38,259 nucleotides of DNA from a virus. Lineage: Duplodnaviria > Caudoviricetes. Shown here one piece after another: positions 17,321 through 27,360 of the stretch (positions are counted from its first letter, which is position 1; each line of letters opens with the position of its first letter). Location: IMG/VR virus record IMGVR_UViG_3300037276_000069, positions 1 through 38,259 of that record. One strand, written 5' to 3'. The notes beneath the pieces were generated by a model. It was given only the letters and a program-made list of their open reading frames with translations, was not told where the DNA came from and did no database searches. The translations under genes were made by a program, and so were the position numbers.

Positions 17321-18700
17321 CTACTCCTCGGCGTTATAGCCATAGTCATTCACACGGTAACGTCTCTTTCCCGGCATGAGGTCAGGACGTGCGATCACGT
17401 TTCCGAAGTTCAGTGAGGCCTTCTCCTGCTCCCGGCGGTTATTTTTAAGCATAGCCTGGAGGGTCTGTTGCGCGATCTGAAGGTACTCAGAAGCCTTCGA
17501 ATCTGTCTTGTCCTTAAGGAGGTAGAATGCGGCCCCGTACTCAAGGATACGGATGTACTTCCGTGGGACCAGGGGAATGGAGTACTGACTGTTGAAGAGG
17601 TCCTTCGGTTCCGGCGTATGGTCAAATTCGATTCGCATCGTATTTAGGTTCGTATTCGGGATGATATAACGGTTGAAGCGCACGGTCTGCGTGTAGTTAC
17701 TCTTCTCCTGAAGGACTGTGAAGCACTCCGGAGCTCCTGCCCGCAGGGCGATTAGGGGGTAACTGCGGTCAAAGGCTATGGGATCAAGGAGAGCGATCTG
17801 TCCGGTGCTCTGGCCGAGGAAGGCTGAGGCCCCGAAGAAGATCCGAGCGGCCTGCGTGAAGCGGGCGACAGTTGAGTCCGGGTAAGGTCCCGTGTAGGAA
17901 GCGGATCCTGTGAGGTTTGCATAGTCGAAGCCCAGGAGACTCCAACCTGACCTGTAATAGTTAGCCGAGGCCCCCTGCGGCTGAAAGATCGGGGATCCTG
18001 AGCCGTTAAGGGCTGAGCTCACCGTGAAGAGGCGCTGATTCGTGTCGTAGGTGCAGGAGTAAGTATTTCCTGAAGTTCCTGCGGCGTTAAGTGCCGTAGC
18101 GACGGCTGTCGCAAGAGCTGCTTGTGCGTAACTCCCTGCCGGAATAGTTGCCGTAAGGACGGTCGTCCCCGTTTCGATGAAGTCTAGGGTGTTATTTGAG
18201 GAATCGACGATCATGTTAGTCCGGATAACCGGATAGTCTAGCTGAAACATCCGGAAGGTCGTACTTCCCGTGAATTGATTAAAGGCATTGTCTAACTGGA
18301 AGGAGGTCTGTCCTGAGGTGTGCTGAATGATTCGGTAGATCTCGGGACCTGAGTCAAGCTTGATGTGCCAACCTTGGACGGAGATGTTACTTGAATTCTG
18401 CTGAGGGGCCTGACTGAAGGTCCCTGAGACTGACCCGTAAGTCAGACTTGCTGAGCCTGAGGTGATAGCAGGATTGAGCTGAAGAATGATAGGATCCTTA
18501 GCACGAGCCCAGGTCCATGACTCATCGACTTCCGTGTCAAGCTCTGTCCCACCTACGATAAGATTGTGATGAATTTGATTAAGGTAGAGGAGAGCCTGTG
18601 CGACTCGTGTCGGGTTCGGAGTCCCTACGTCTGAGGAAACCTCGCCACATCTGCGTAAGACCCCATCGACAAGATCTGCTGTATTTCTAAAATTAGCCAT
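17321..18700 (-). CDS. Head-tail adaptor (tail tubular protein A-like) with inserted beta domains
   Basis: Helical N-terminus (DLVDGVLRRCGE...LYLNQ...WTW) and C-terminus (PLVPRKYIRILEYGAAFYL) flank Ser/Thr-rich inserts. Confidence 0.7.
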   Translation of the reverse strand: MANFRNTADLVDGVLRRCGEVSSDVGTPNPTRVAQALLYLNQIHHNLIVGGTELDTEVDESWTWARAKDPIILQLNPAITSGSASLTYGSVSGTFSQAPQQNSSNISVQGWHIKLDSGPEIYRIIQHTSGQTSFQLDNAFNQFTGSTTFRMFQLDYPVIRTNMIVDSSNNTLDFIETGTTVLTATIPAGSYAQAALATAVATALNAAGTSGNTYSCTYDTNQRLFTVSSALNGSGSPIFQPQGASANYYRSGWSLLGFDYANLTGSASYTGPYPDSTVARFTQAARIFFGASAFLGQSTGQIALLDPIAFDRSYPLIALRAGAPECFTVLQEKSNYTQTVRFNRYIIPNTNLNTMRIEFDHTPEPKDLFNSQYSIPLVPRKYIRILEYGAAFYLLKDKTDSKASEYLQIAQQTLQAMLKNNRREQEKASLNFGNVIARPDLMPGKRRYRVNDYGYNAEE

Positions 18701-18749
18701 AGGCCCTTTCCTTTTAGTTCAACGGAAGCTGGGCCCTGACTTCTGCTAG

Positions 18750-19199
18750 TTACTTCTTAGCCTGCTTCGCGTTATTTTGTAGCAATGACTCCTGGTCTAA
18801 TAGTAGCTGTTCGTTCTCTAACTTCAAGGCAGCTAGCTCCTGGGCCAGGGACTTATTCTCTTCGATCAGTTCGTGTGCATTCTCCATTGCGGACTTCAGG
18901 TATTGAGCCGAGGGAACGTCTGCGTGCGTATCACTGACCTTCTGCCAATGACTGTTCTTACCGTCCTTGACGATCTGCCAGCGGCCCTGCTCCTGCCCTC
19001 CGGTCGTAAACATGTTTCCGGAACCTACGGGACGTTCTAGGAGCTTCAAGTCGCCGATGCAATGCATCGCGTAAGGCTGATGCGCTACGAGACGGCCTGT
19101 CTTAGTGTCTCTAATGTGCGTACGGAAATCGAAGATGCCTTCTTGCTTCTCCGGATGTTCGATGATCTTAGGCTGAGGTACGGGCATTTGCTGGGACAT
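18750..19199 (-). CDS. Hypothetical protein with C-terminal coiled coil
   Basis: AGGAGG RBS; 149 aa within the structural operon. Confidence 0.7.
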   Translation of the reverse strand: MSQQMPVPQPKIIEHPEKQEGIFDFRTHIRDTKTGRLVAHQPYAMHCIGDLKLLERPVGSGNMFTTGGQEQGRWQIVKDGKNSHWQKVSDTHADVPSAQYLKSAMENAHELIEENKSLAQELAALKLENEQLLLDQESLLQNNAKQAKK

Positions 19200-19233
19200 T
19201 GATCCTCCTTAAGGGTGTTAGGAGAGGATAGGG

Positions 19234-19581
19234 TTACCAGCCGAGTACTTCAACTATTACGGCTACGGCGCCTGGTGTCACGGTATTCGCTACCTCGACC
19301 ACTGTCGCCAGATTGGCTCCGTTATTCGTAACGTACAGTTGAAGTTTATTAGTCGTATTGTTGATGTTGCAGACGTAACCTGTAGTCCCGTTGTCGATGA
19401 CATTGCAGGCATAGATAGTGTTAGGGACACCCATGCTGCCTAGGGTGAGGGGAATGCCCCCGGTAGGGTAAGTTTGTCCGGCGGCTAAAGTTAGACTGCA
19501 TATGTTTAGGACCTTAGAGTTACCCAATCGAGACTTATTAGTAATGGAGTAAGTAACGGAGCCTGCGCTTAATGCTGTCAT
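19234..19581 (-). CDS. Putative head decoration/cement protein
   Basis: Small beta-rich protein with YPTGG motif downstream of the capsid gene. Confidence 0.6.
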   Translation of the reverse strand: MTALSAGSVTYSITNKSRLGNSKVLNICSLTLAAGQTYPTGGIPLTLGSMGVPNTIYACNVIDNGTTGYVCNINNTTNKLQLYVTNNGANLATVVEVANTVTPGAVAVIVEVLGW

Positions 19582-19619
19582 ATTTCCTCCCGGAAATCTT
19601 CCCTTGCGGGTACGTTTTT

Positions 19620-19648
19620 CCTAGGGGCCCCTTTCGGAGACCCCCAGG
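19620..19648 (-). other. GC-rich intergenic hairpin in the structural mRNA
   Basis: The minus-strand RNA CCUGGGGGUCUC-CGAAA-GGGGCCCCUAGG forms 12 bp including G-U pairs. It is followed by A's, not U's. Confidence 0.5.
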
Positions 19649-19663
19649 CAATTAATCTCTTAC

Positions 19664-20140
19664 TTAGTTTCCTACGTTCTGAGAAGCTGCTACTAGAAGG
19701 GCCTGATTCGCATTAGCGTCAGGTGACATTTCGTAGATGCAACCAATGAAACCTGCTCCTGTAGCAGTATTCCCGTCTACTGCCTGAACGCTCACTTCTA
19801 GGCTCAGCTCATAGCCTGCCTGAATACGAACGTTGTCTGAGCAGCTAGCGTAGATGACCTGTCCTGCTGTTGAGCCGGAAGGTACAGTCACGCTGACTAC
19901 AGTTACGGCACCTGTGGCAGAGCCGTAGGTCGGGCGAGACTTCACAGCTACTTGCGGAGCCGTGCTGTTCGCACTTACCGCAGTAGTTACGAAGAACATC
20001 GCACGCTTGATGCTGATTGGAGACATTACTGCGTAACCCTGCCACTGAGCGGCGGATGCTGCTAGGTTGGCTGCGGTCTGATAGCCGGCGCTCTTAGGAG
20101 CGACAGCTAAGTTTATAAATTCCATTTCAGGATATGACAT
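19664..20140 (-). CDS. Putative minor capsid/decoration protein
   Basis: Beta-rich Ala/Thr/Val protein immediately after the major capsid gene; GGAGG RBS. Confidence 0.6.
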   Translation of the reverse strand: MSYPEMEFINLAVAPKSAGYQTAANLAASAAQWQGYAVMSPISIKRAMFFVTTAVSANSTAPQVAVKSRPTYGSATGAVTVVSVTVPSGSTAGQVIYASCSDNVRIQAGYELSLEVSVQAVDGNTATGAGFIGCIYEMSPDANANQALLVAASQNVGN

Positions 20141-20152
20141 ATGTTCCTCCGA

Positions 20153-21097
20153 TTAGACTGAAGTTAAGTAAATTGATCGAGCTTCACCTGCGTTAGCAGA
20201 GTCGTACCAGATCTGACCGAATCCGTAGATGCCGTACCACGCAACGCCTAGTGAGCGGCCGTAGTCTGTCGGGATCTTCGCGCGCAACTCAGGGTCCAGG
20301 GCTACTGCCATGGTTGCTGCGTCAGCGCCGAAGAATACTGCCTCACCTACTGAGTTCGTACCCTTGGCGTTACTCAGGGAAACCGTGTCATTCACTTCTA
20401 CGAAGCGGATGTTCTCAAGGCGGCCGATTTCCGAGTTGTACTTGGCTTCCGGGTCTGTGTATTTCTTCCAGTCAATCCAGGCTGGATCTTGCAGGAGGGT
20501 ACGCTTCGCAGTAGTACTGATTGCGCAGACGTAATCTTCGCCGTCGAATGGTTCCATGTAGTAAGTGCTGAACATGTTATCGCGAATCTGTTCGATATGA
20601 TACATATTAGGGTTCACGGTTGCAGTACCTGCTGTCGCATTCGTAGTGATGCTGATTGAGCTGATACCTGTGCAGGCTGCGCGAATCTGGCCCGTCTTGA
20701 AAGCGGCTGCGACTGCGCGGTCAAAGCTGATGCGCATCTGACGCATAAGCATCTTTTGGATCTTCGAATTGATGTCGAAGTAAGCCAAGTCTTCGCTTAG
20801 TGAGGTGAAAGGGATCGAGCGTCCGTTCTCCGCTACTACGATCGCCTGAGTGCTCAGGACGAAGGCATCTTCTGACATCGGCTGACCCTCACTCAGTAAG
20901 GCTGAGGTCGGAACAGTGATGTTCGAGATACGAGTAACGTTCAGGGTGTCTCCTGAGTTGCGTCCGTAGCCCGGCTCTGCATCGACGAATTGATGGAAGA
21001 GGGACTGTAGGACCGAAGCTTCTCGGATCTGTGCTGAAAGTTTGTGATTCTTATAGACGCCGTTGGGGGAGTCTAAGGTCCATGTAAACGTAGCCAT
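20153..21097 (-). CDS. Major capsid protein (HK97 fold, N4-gp56-like)
   Basis: 314 aa after the scaffold gene; LSEG, EIGRLENIRFVE and DYGRSLGVAWY motifs. Confidence 0.88.
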   Translation of the reverse strand: MATFTWTLDSPNGVYKNHKLSAQIREASVLQSLFHQFVDAEPGYGRNSGDTLNVTRISNITVPTSALLSEGQPMSEDAFVLSTQAIVVAENGRSIPFTSLSEDLAYFDINSKIQKMLMRQMRISFDRAVAAAFKTGQIRAACTGISSISITTNATAGTATVNPNMYHIEQIRDNMFSTYYMEPFDGEDYVCAISTTAKRTLLQDPAWIDWKKYTDPEAKYNSEIGRLENIRFVEVNDTVSLSNAKGTNSVGEAVFFGADAATMAVALDPELRAKIPTDYGRSLGVAWYGIYGFGQIWYDSANAGEARSIYLTSV

Positions 21098-21153
21098 TAT
21101 AGCCTCCTGTTAGGGTTTCGCAGGAGGCTCCGCGTCGTCTTCTTCCCGGGAAC

Positions 21154-22068
21154 TTACATTCCCAGTCTCTTACGCGCGGCGGATCGTCCTGCCGATGTCT
21201 TCATGGTCTTCGTTTGTCCTATGAAATTCAAGGGCTTATCTTCGGTCTTCTCAGTGGTTACCGTTCGCCCGCTCCCTTGCGATGTCGCCTGCTTAGTCCG
21301 CCTCAGCTCCTGTTTTGGCATTTTATCCTCCAGTATTGTGTTGACCTCTTTGCGCGCCTCTTCGGCAATGATTCGTAGGGCCTTCTTCGTCTCGACGTGC
21401 TTCAGGGTTTCAAACTTCTCTCTGAAGACCATGTCTACGATCCTCTTAGCAGAGTGTAAGTCCGGGTAATCGTTGAAGAAGTCTGACCATGTTTTATCGT
21501 GCCTCGTCTGTGCGTCCCTCTTCGCCTCGAAGACCTGCGCCGCCTTCTCGATGATCTTAGCTTCCCGCTCTCTCAGGTACTTCGCCGGATTCGCATAATA
21601 CTCGGCCGGGATCTCATCCGTCTCTTCAGGTGCGACAAACTGGTTACCTTTTGACTCCCTTTGCGCTGCCTCGACTCCCTGCCGGAATGCGTCAGCGGTC
21701 ATCCTTTCGCGCTCAAGTTCCTGGGCGTAGGTCAAGGCCTCTCGCTGCGTCCGGAACTTTCGGTCCCCTATCTGTATGTCTCCCTCTTCTTCCGCTATCT
21801 CATGGGTCTCAGCGTCCTCACCTGCCGTCTCCTCAGAGGCTAACTGCTCTTCCGGCGCTCCTGGCAGGCTAAGGTCAAGTCCGAAAGACTCTTCTGCCTC
21901 AGCTGCTGCTCGCACTCCCTCAGAAGGTGATCCAGGACCTCGCTCTCCCGGCTCTGCTTCTGCTTCGACTTCTGCGACGGACTTGAAACCCCTGCGCTGT
22001 CCTTGTTTCGTGAGCTGTTCTCGGGCTTGCGTCTGTTCCATTTCCACATCGTTACTCTCCTGAGCCAT
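21154..22068 (-). CDS. Capsid scaffolding protein
   Basis: Acidic, helical, low complexity, basic C-terminus; directly upstream of the capsid gene. Confidence 0.7.
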   Translation of the reverse strand: MAQESNDVEMEQTQAREQLTKQGQRRGFKSVAEVEAEAEPGERGPGSPSEGVRAAAEAEESFGLDLSLPGAPEEQLASEETAGEDAETHEIAEEEGDIQIGDRKFRTQREALTYAQELERERMTADAFRQGVEAAQRESKGNQFVAPEETDEIPAEYYANPAKYLREREAKIIEKAAQVFEAKRDAQTRHDKTWSDFFNDYPDLHSAKRIVDMVFREKFETLKHVETKKALRIIAEEARKEVNTILEDKMPKQELRRTKQATSQGSGRTVTTEKTEDKPLNFIGQTKTMKTSAGRSAARKRLGM

Positions 22069-22375
22069 GAATCTTCCTTTCGATTACTTCTGCTTTCTTA
22101 ATCTTATTTCCTGTCGTCGTGAGCATGTCTTCGATGGCGACTAGGCTTGCGGCCGCTGCCTGCAGTCCTTCGCCTCCCGCCTTATAGACATGAATAATCT
22201 TCGAGATTGCGATCTCGCGTTGCTGCCTGAGCATGGGGAGGAAGATATCTGCCTCCGCGCGCAGAAGCCGCCCCTCGTTGAGAACCTTCTGCTCATGCTC
22301 CGTCGTATCGTATGCTTCTCTAGGCATGACTTCCTCCCAATAACTTAATCTGGCGTTCGCTTTTTCTGCGGACAT
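22052..22375 (-). CDS. Small conserved-position protein between portal and scaffold
   Basis: Helical ORF of up to 107 aa; the true start may be the ATG at 22327. Confidence 0.6.
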   Translation of the reverse strand: MSAEKANARLSYWEEVMPREAYDTTEHEQKVLNEGRLLRAEADIFLPMLRQQREIAISKIIHVYKAGGEGLQAAAASLVAIEDMLTTTGNKIKKAEVIERKIHGSGE

Positions 22376-22592
22376 CTAGAACGGTTTTTATGTGGTAATT
22401 AATGCCGTCGTCTAGCACTACACGAAAGCTGATAGGGACTTTGAGGTCCTTAATCCCTTGGTATTTGTAGGGGCGCTTGTATTCGCTATATAGCGGAACG
22501 ACTAGGTAGTTTCCACGTAGTAAGAAGTGGGAGTAATAATAACCGCGGCAGTTCTTGCCGTCCCATAATTCGTATTGATAGCCCTTAGGCAC
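22320..22592 (-). CDS. Hypothetical Tyr-rich protein
   Basis: GGAGG RBS before GTG at 22592, overlapping the portal stop. Confidence 0.45.
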   Translation of the reverse strand: MPKGYQYELWDGKNCRGYYYSHFLLRGNYLVVPLYSEYKRPYKYQGIKDLKVPISFRVVLDDGINYHIKTVLDVRRKSERQIKLLGGSHA

Positions 22593-24585
22593 GCTTACCT
22601 CCGTAACTTCCCCGTGCAACGTCCGTCGCCATCTGCTGCTGCGGTGAGGCCGCTGAGCCTAACTGCTCTGACTGCGGTCCCGTCGTCGGACTCTGAACCT
22701 GGCTCATCTGGTTAGGCTGTGAGCCCGGAGCTGCCGGAGCTCCTCCGCCCTGCGCCTGCGCATCCGCCTGCTGTTTTGCCATTAGGGCCTGCTCGGTGTG
22801 ACTCCGCTCGAGCTGCTCCGTTGGCATCCCTAGGCAGCGCATAATGTATTCGAGGTACTGACCGAAGTCGTACTTCTGAACGAAGGCTTCCATGAGGGGT
22901 TCTGAAGCTCCGATGGTCTGAGTGAGGGTCGTTGCCTTACGGAAGTCCTGCGCTTTCTGCTGCGTCAGACTCAGTCCGAAGACATCAAAGTGGACTCCGT
23001 GAACGGTGTTCGCGAAGACCTCTTCGGGCGTAAGCTTTGTCAGCTTCATTACGTCATCGACCTCGAGGAGGGAGTGGAGTTCCGCCTCGTCCATGTCGTC
23101 GATATGTTCGCAGCAGGTCATCCAGCTCTTTTCGAGGACCCTCTGAATCCAGTTCTGCTCGATCTGTACGGACATCCCTTTGAACATAGAGCTGATGGTC
23201 TGGTCAGCTGCTACGATCTGCGTTGCCGGAACGTCATTTCGGGGAGCGATCCCCTGTCTAATGTCTGAGGTCAGCATGGCTCGGTTAAGTTCCTGGTTAA
23301 GGAGGTTGTATAGTTGGAGGGAGTCCGGAGGAACCTCTCCGCTCATGAGTGGCTCTAGGACCTTCGCTCCGGGCGGGCACTGACTGTTTACGCCTAGGTT
23401 CGTACCGGGCATAATCCCGTTCTGCACCTGAGCCGGATCCTCGAGCCAGTCCTGTCTGATCTGACTGATCCCGTTGACGGAACGGAGGGCCCCGTCGAGC
23501 ATAAGATTAAAGAGCTCATTCGAAGCTATGTTGTATTTCGTAGCAGCGTCCGCTAAGGCTTTGGGCCATGCTGCGTCAGGACATTCCAGGATCGGAGTCG
23601 TGACAAAGGGACTCTGCTGGTGCCAGAGTGGGTTCGGCGTTGGCTCACGGATGAGCCATTTGTCGTTCGCTAGCGTTACTACGCAGTTGTCGTGGAGGAC
23701 GTTTCCGTCCGTATCTAGGATCTTACCCCAGTGCTCCGTGATCTTAACCCTTCCACGGAAGGAATGGCTGACTTCATTCTGATTAGTCCGCCTCATCTGG
23801 TCGAACTTCTCCTCCGCATCGTCATCCGCATGCCTCTCGACCTTGCAACACATGTCGTAGTCGTAGATGGCGTCGTCGCCCTCCGCTAGGGCTATCATTT
23901 CATGGTAATCCATCCACATGTCTTCGATTTCATAGAGTTTGTCGTGTTCTGAGGAGGGAGTCGGATCCGGGTAGTAGTTGAATTGGCTGACGAGGTCGAG
24001 TTTGAGCTGCCAAACCTTCTTACTTGTCTTATGAAGGATTGCCTTCTTACCGAGGAGGGCCCGTTTCGCCCTGTAGATAGGTGTGTCGACGTAAGTCCCG
24101 CCAACCTTCGTAATTATGAGGCCCCCGAGAAGGCCTGACTTCACTCCTCCGCCGACATGCCTCAGAAAATTAGCCTTAGTAAGCTGTGACTGCGTAATCG
24201 CGTAGACAGTTGCGGGACTGATCTTGAGGAAGTCTGCATTCTTAGGATTCTTCGAGGCTGCTCGCCACCAGGCTCCGCCTATGTCGATTAGGGCCTGCTG
24301 GAAGTATGAGGAGGCTTGCTCGACTGCCATAGGTTGCATTGCTAGGACCTCACGGGACTGACCCGGAATCTTATGTCCGAAGTCATGCCTTCCCCAGTAG
24401 ACGTCGTAGTTCTCGCGGGTCTGCTGGATGCGGTTCCACTTTGCGAGCTTTGCCTCATTCCGGCAGGAGAGGACGAAGCGGATGACCTGTCCGTGGCCGT
24501 CACGAGACCCGTCCCCGGGTTTCCAGGCCGCTAAGTCCACGAAGCCCTCGGGCTTCCCTTCAGTATCTTCTGATTGATCTCTCAT
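22585..24585 (-). CDS. Portal protein
   Basis: 666 aa following TerL; FNYYPDP, KITEHWG, PNPLWH and ATQI motifs and a Gln-rich C-terminal tail as in P22-like portals. Confidence 0.88.
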   Translation of the reverse strand: MRDQSEDTEGKPEGFVDLAAWKPGDGSRDGHGQVIRFVLSCRNEAKLAKWNRIQQTRENYDVYWGRHDFGHKIPGQSREVLAMQPMAVEQASSYFQQALIDIGGAWWRAASKNPKNADFLKISPATVYAITQSQLTKANFLRHVGGGVKSGLLGGLIITKVGGTYVDTPIYRAKRALLGKKAILHKTSKKVWQLKLDLVSQFNYYPDPTPSSEHDKLYEIEDMWMDYHEMIALAEGDDAIYDYDMCCKVERHADDDAEEKFDQMRRTNQNEVSHSFRGRVKITEHWGKILDTDGNVLHDNCVVTLANDKWLIREPTPNPLWHQQSPFVTTPILECPDAAWPKALADAATKYNIASNELFNLMLDGALRSVNGISQIRQDWLEDPAQVQNGIMPGTNLGVNSQCPPGAKVLEPLMSGEVPPDSLQLYNLLNQELNRAMLTSDIRQGIAPRNDVPATQIVAADQTISSMFKGMSVQIEQNWIQRVLEKSWMTCCEHIDDMDEAELHSLLEVDDVMKLTKLTPEEVFANTVHGVHFDVFGLSLTQQKAQDFRKATTLTQTIGASEPLMEAFVQKYDFGQYLEYIMRCLGMPTEQLERSHTEQALMAKQQADAQAQGGGAPAAPGSQPNQMSQVQSPTTGPQSEQLGSAASPQQQMATDVARGSYGGKRA

Positions 24586-24647
24586 CTGGTTACCGTCCTG
24601 TGGTGTTCTGTGTTAGTTCGAAGGGGCCTCACGCTGCCTCACCCGCC

Positions 24648-26237
24648 TCACCCGAAAGAGTAGCCCTCCTGCTTCCGTTTCTGCAAGCGTCCTTCTCGGT
24701 CCTCCCGTGCGAAGGCATATTCCGGTACGGCTATATTGATGTGACCCCTCTTGGTAAGGAGGAGCTGCGCTCCGCCGCAGAGGTACTGCAGGGCATCGTG
24801 CGGATGTGAGTAGTTATTTTTAATGGGGCTGATCTTCCCGGGCTCCAGGGTCAGGTACTTCTCCGGATACCTGTAGCCTCCGGCGAATCCCTTCGCGAGG
24901 GTCGAGCAGTCCTGCGGATGGAGCTGAAGGCCCGCACCCTCCCTCGTCTGAAGCATGAGGAAGTGTTCAACGGCCTTTCGTCGGGGCTCCCAGTTAAGGG
25001 GTCCCGGATTGATGTTCCGGATCCCCGCCTCGTACATGATCCCGGCGCAGGTCCGCTGGTCCGTCTGACTTTCGCCCAGTCCTGCCGGGTCGATATAATG
25101 AATGTAGTCCTTCTTCGGATCCTGCCATTCGGGAAAGTGCTGCTTAATCTCGGCCATGACTCGCGGTGCGAACTTCTCAATGGAGCTGTGCTCCGCTACG
25201 AATTCACGCAGAATGTGAAGGGTCTGACCGCGGAGCTGTGCTACGATACAGGCTGGAGTAAGTCCGAAGTCCCAGCCGCACAGGAGTGGAAGTCCCAGGT
25301 GTGGCTCTTGCTTGTAGGGGGTCTCGTGTCTGCTCTTGCTGTAATCCTCGAAGACGGGCTTACCTTCGAAGGCCTCCCAGTTCCTCTCATACTCGACCAT
25401 ATAGTCTTTAATCGGCATACTCGCCTTAACGGTCTCTTTGAACTGAGGGTCCCTCTTTCCGGGGTGAGCCGTGTAATGGATGTCGAAGATGAGGAAACCG
25501 TTCTTCGGATTCTTCCATATGATTACGGAGTCATCCTTTAGAGGAAATGATTTCGGCGGCGTCTGCGTCTCGTCGATAGGCTCGGAGTTGTCAAGCTGAT
25601 CGTAGACAATTCTTTGGAAGAAGCCGGGACTTCTAGAGGATATGAGAGACATTCGTCCGCCTCCTTCGATGGTAGGAGCTGCGGAGCTGTAGAATTTTTG
25701 AGCCTCGTCCCAGAAGGCACACTCGTCTCCGAGGATCCCGGAGAAACCGTAGGATCGCAATTGATCAGCGCCCATAGGAAATCCCTGAAGCTTCGATTCA
25801 AGTTCTGGAAATATGAGAGCGGCTGGCTTGGCACGCGTCTCCTTGCGCGGAAGAAGTGCGCGAGGGATCTTATCTTCTGGAATATGGTCATAAATGAACT
25901 CCGCTCTTTTGATTAGGTCCGCCGCATCGTCTTCCTTCTTCGAGACGAAGGCATTATCTCTTACCTCATTAAACATGGTGTCCCATAAGTACAGGCCGAT
26001 GTTAGTCCAGCTCATTGTCATACGCCGGGACTTCGGGACTGCGATCCGCTTATTCTTCTGCCAGGCCCGGACGTACAGTTCTAGGTATTGAAACTTAGGG
26101 AGTAACTTAATGGGATTCTTAGCGTCCGTCTGGTCCTTGGAGTAGCAGCATTCCGTAAGGAAGGCCCAGGGATCTGTGCGGTAGCGCGTCAGGTTTTGAA
26201 GGGCCCCCCGGGTTGGCGTCTTTGAGTCTTGAGTCAT
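24648..26237 (-). CDS. terL: Terminase large subunit
   Basis: KSRRMTMSW Walker A variant, ILGDECAF Walker B, ISS coupling motif; nuclease motifs GWDFGL, YIDPAG, HPHDALQY. Confidence 0.93.
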   Translation of the reverse strand: MTQDSKTPTRGALQNLTRYRTDPWAFLTECCYSKDQTDAKNPIKLLPKFQYLELYVRAWQKNKRIAVPKSRRMTMSWTNIGLYLWDTMFNEVRDNAFVSKKEDDAADLIKRAEFIYDHIPEDKIPRALLPRKETRAKPAALIFPELESKLQGFPMGADQLRSYGFSGILGDECAFWDEAQKFYSSAAPTIEGGGRMSLISSRSPGFFQRIVYDQLDNSEPIDETQTPPKSFPLKDDSVIIWKNPKNGFLIFDIHYTAHPGKRDPQFKETVKASMPIKDYMVEYERNWEAFEGKPVFEDYSKSRHETPYKQEPHLGLPLLCGWDFGLTPACIVAQLRGQTLHILREFVAEHSSIEKFAPRVMAEIKQHFPEWQDPKKDYIHYIDPAGLGESQTDQRTCAGIMYEAGIRNINPGPLNWEPRRKAVEHFLMLQTREGAGLQLHPQDCSTLAKGFAGGYRYPEKYLTLEPGKISPIKNNYSHPHDALQYLCGGAQLLLTKRGHINIAVPEYAFAREDREGRLQKRKQEGYSFG

Positions 26238-26240
26238 AGC

Positions 26241-26444
26241 TTACCAACCGTACTTTCTTATGAGGTGTCGGATGAGGGCCTTGACGTAACTTTCGTGAAA
26301 GCCCTGCCGGATGAGATCCTTCGTCACTGTAGTGACTCCGTACTTCTTAATGGCAAGTCTGACATCCTCTTTAAGGGAAGGGTCGAAGAAGGCCGTGATC
26401 GTATTCTCATGAGCGTGAGTAGGATAAGGGGGAAAGTCAGTCAC
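26241..26444 (-). CDS. Hypothetical protein
   Basis: 67 aa between TerS candidate and TerL. Confidence 0.5.
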   Translation of the reverse strand: MTDFPPYPTHAHENTITAFFDPSLKEDVRLAIKKYGVTTVTKDLIRQGFHESYVKALIRHLIRKYGW

Positions 26445-27144
26445 CGGGTATGTTCTCCTCTACCCAGCGTTCCATTTCGGATTTAGCTGGTGTTACGTCC
26501 TTCGTTTCGGTCAAAAGCCTAGCGTCAGGCCCGCCTTCGGCGGTCTGCCTCAGGAGCTCAAGCTCCGCGAAGAGCTGCCGGAGGGTGTGATCTCCGGAGA
26601 GAGCGACCTCCTGCTTAGGCTTACCCGTACTCTTCTCAAGGATCCATTGAGCGGCGGACCAGCGCTCGGAGGTCTTCGCTCCGCTGAGATCGCCATCGAC
26701 AAGTTGACGGGCAAGGGCAAGGGCTGCCGGCGCGGCTAAGTCAAACTGCTTCGCCATATTAGCGCCCCAGTACTCCTCCTTAATCTGCTTCGTCTTACGT
26801 ATGACTGCTGTGCGGGAGAGGAGGAGGGTTACCTGGTAGTCCGGGAGGCCTAACTCCGAGGCTACGTCCGAGGGAGAGGCGCCGGAGGCGACCATCCAGG
26901 CTGCGAGGGAATCCCTTAGGCCCTGCTCCAGGTCCGAAGGTTCTCCAGGGGTCTCACCCGGACTCACCAACGGGGAAGGCGCGACTGGAGCCTCTTCCGG
27001 CGAAGGTAGGCGGTAACCGGTTAGCTCATAAAGCTCCTGCTGTTCGGGCGTAAGATCGGGTCCGGTAACATCTTCCGTCATAACCCTCATTCTGCGGGGA
27101 GGGACGGGGAAGAAGCAAATAAGTGGTGAGACATACTGCGTCAT
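26437..27144 (-). CDS. terS: Putative terminase small subunit
   Basis: HTH-like ASGASPSDVASELGL and AAQWILEKSTGKPKQEV oligomerisation-type motif, upstream of TerL. The true start may be near 27081. Confidence 0.65.
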   Translation of the reverse strand: MTQYVSPLICFFPVPPRRMRVMTEDVTGPDLTPEQQELYELTGYRLPSPEEAPVAPSPLVSPGETPGEPSDLEQGLRDSLAAWMVASGASPSDVASELGLPDYQVTLLLSRTAVIRKTKQIKEEYWGANMAKQFDLAAPAALALARQLVDGDLSGAKTSERWSAAQWILEKSTGKPKQEVALSGDHTLRQLFAELELLRQTAEGGPDARLLTETKDVTPAKSEMERWVEENIPGD

Positions 27145-27169
27145 AAGTCAAAACTCACGCAGCTCTCGT

Positions 27170-27222
27170 GGGGTACCCTAGTAGTAGAGGGCAAGGGACT
27201 GAAGGCTCTCTTAGGGTACCCC
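27170..27222. repeat. Inverted repeat/hairpin upstream of terS (candidate packaging signal)
   Basis: GGGGTACCCTAG/TTAGGGTACCCC (11/12) with inner GAGGGC/GCTCTC. Confidence 0.55.
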
Positions 27223-27360
27223 CGGGGTGCCGCCTGCACGCACCATGCCGGAGGATTTCCCCTGTCCTTCCGCGGCCTTACGTTGTCTCACCGCGTCAGC
27301 AGGCAGATCAGATCAGATGAAGATGCAGATGGTCTCGCGCTTGTCAAGAGTTATTCTCCG

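Noticed and set aside
24851-26091. Several alternative-frame and antisense ORFs within terL (and similarly within polA and portal)
   Set aside because: Fully nested in well-supported genes, with no RBS or recognisable motifs.
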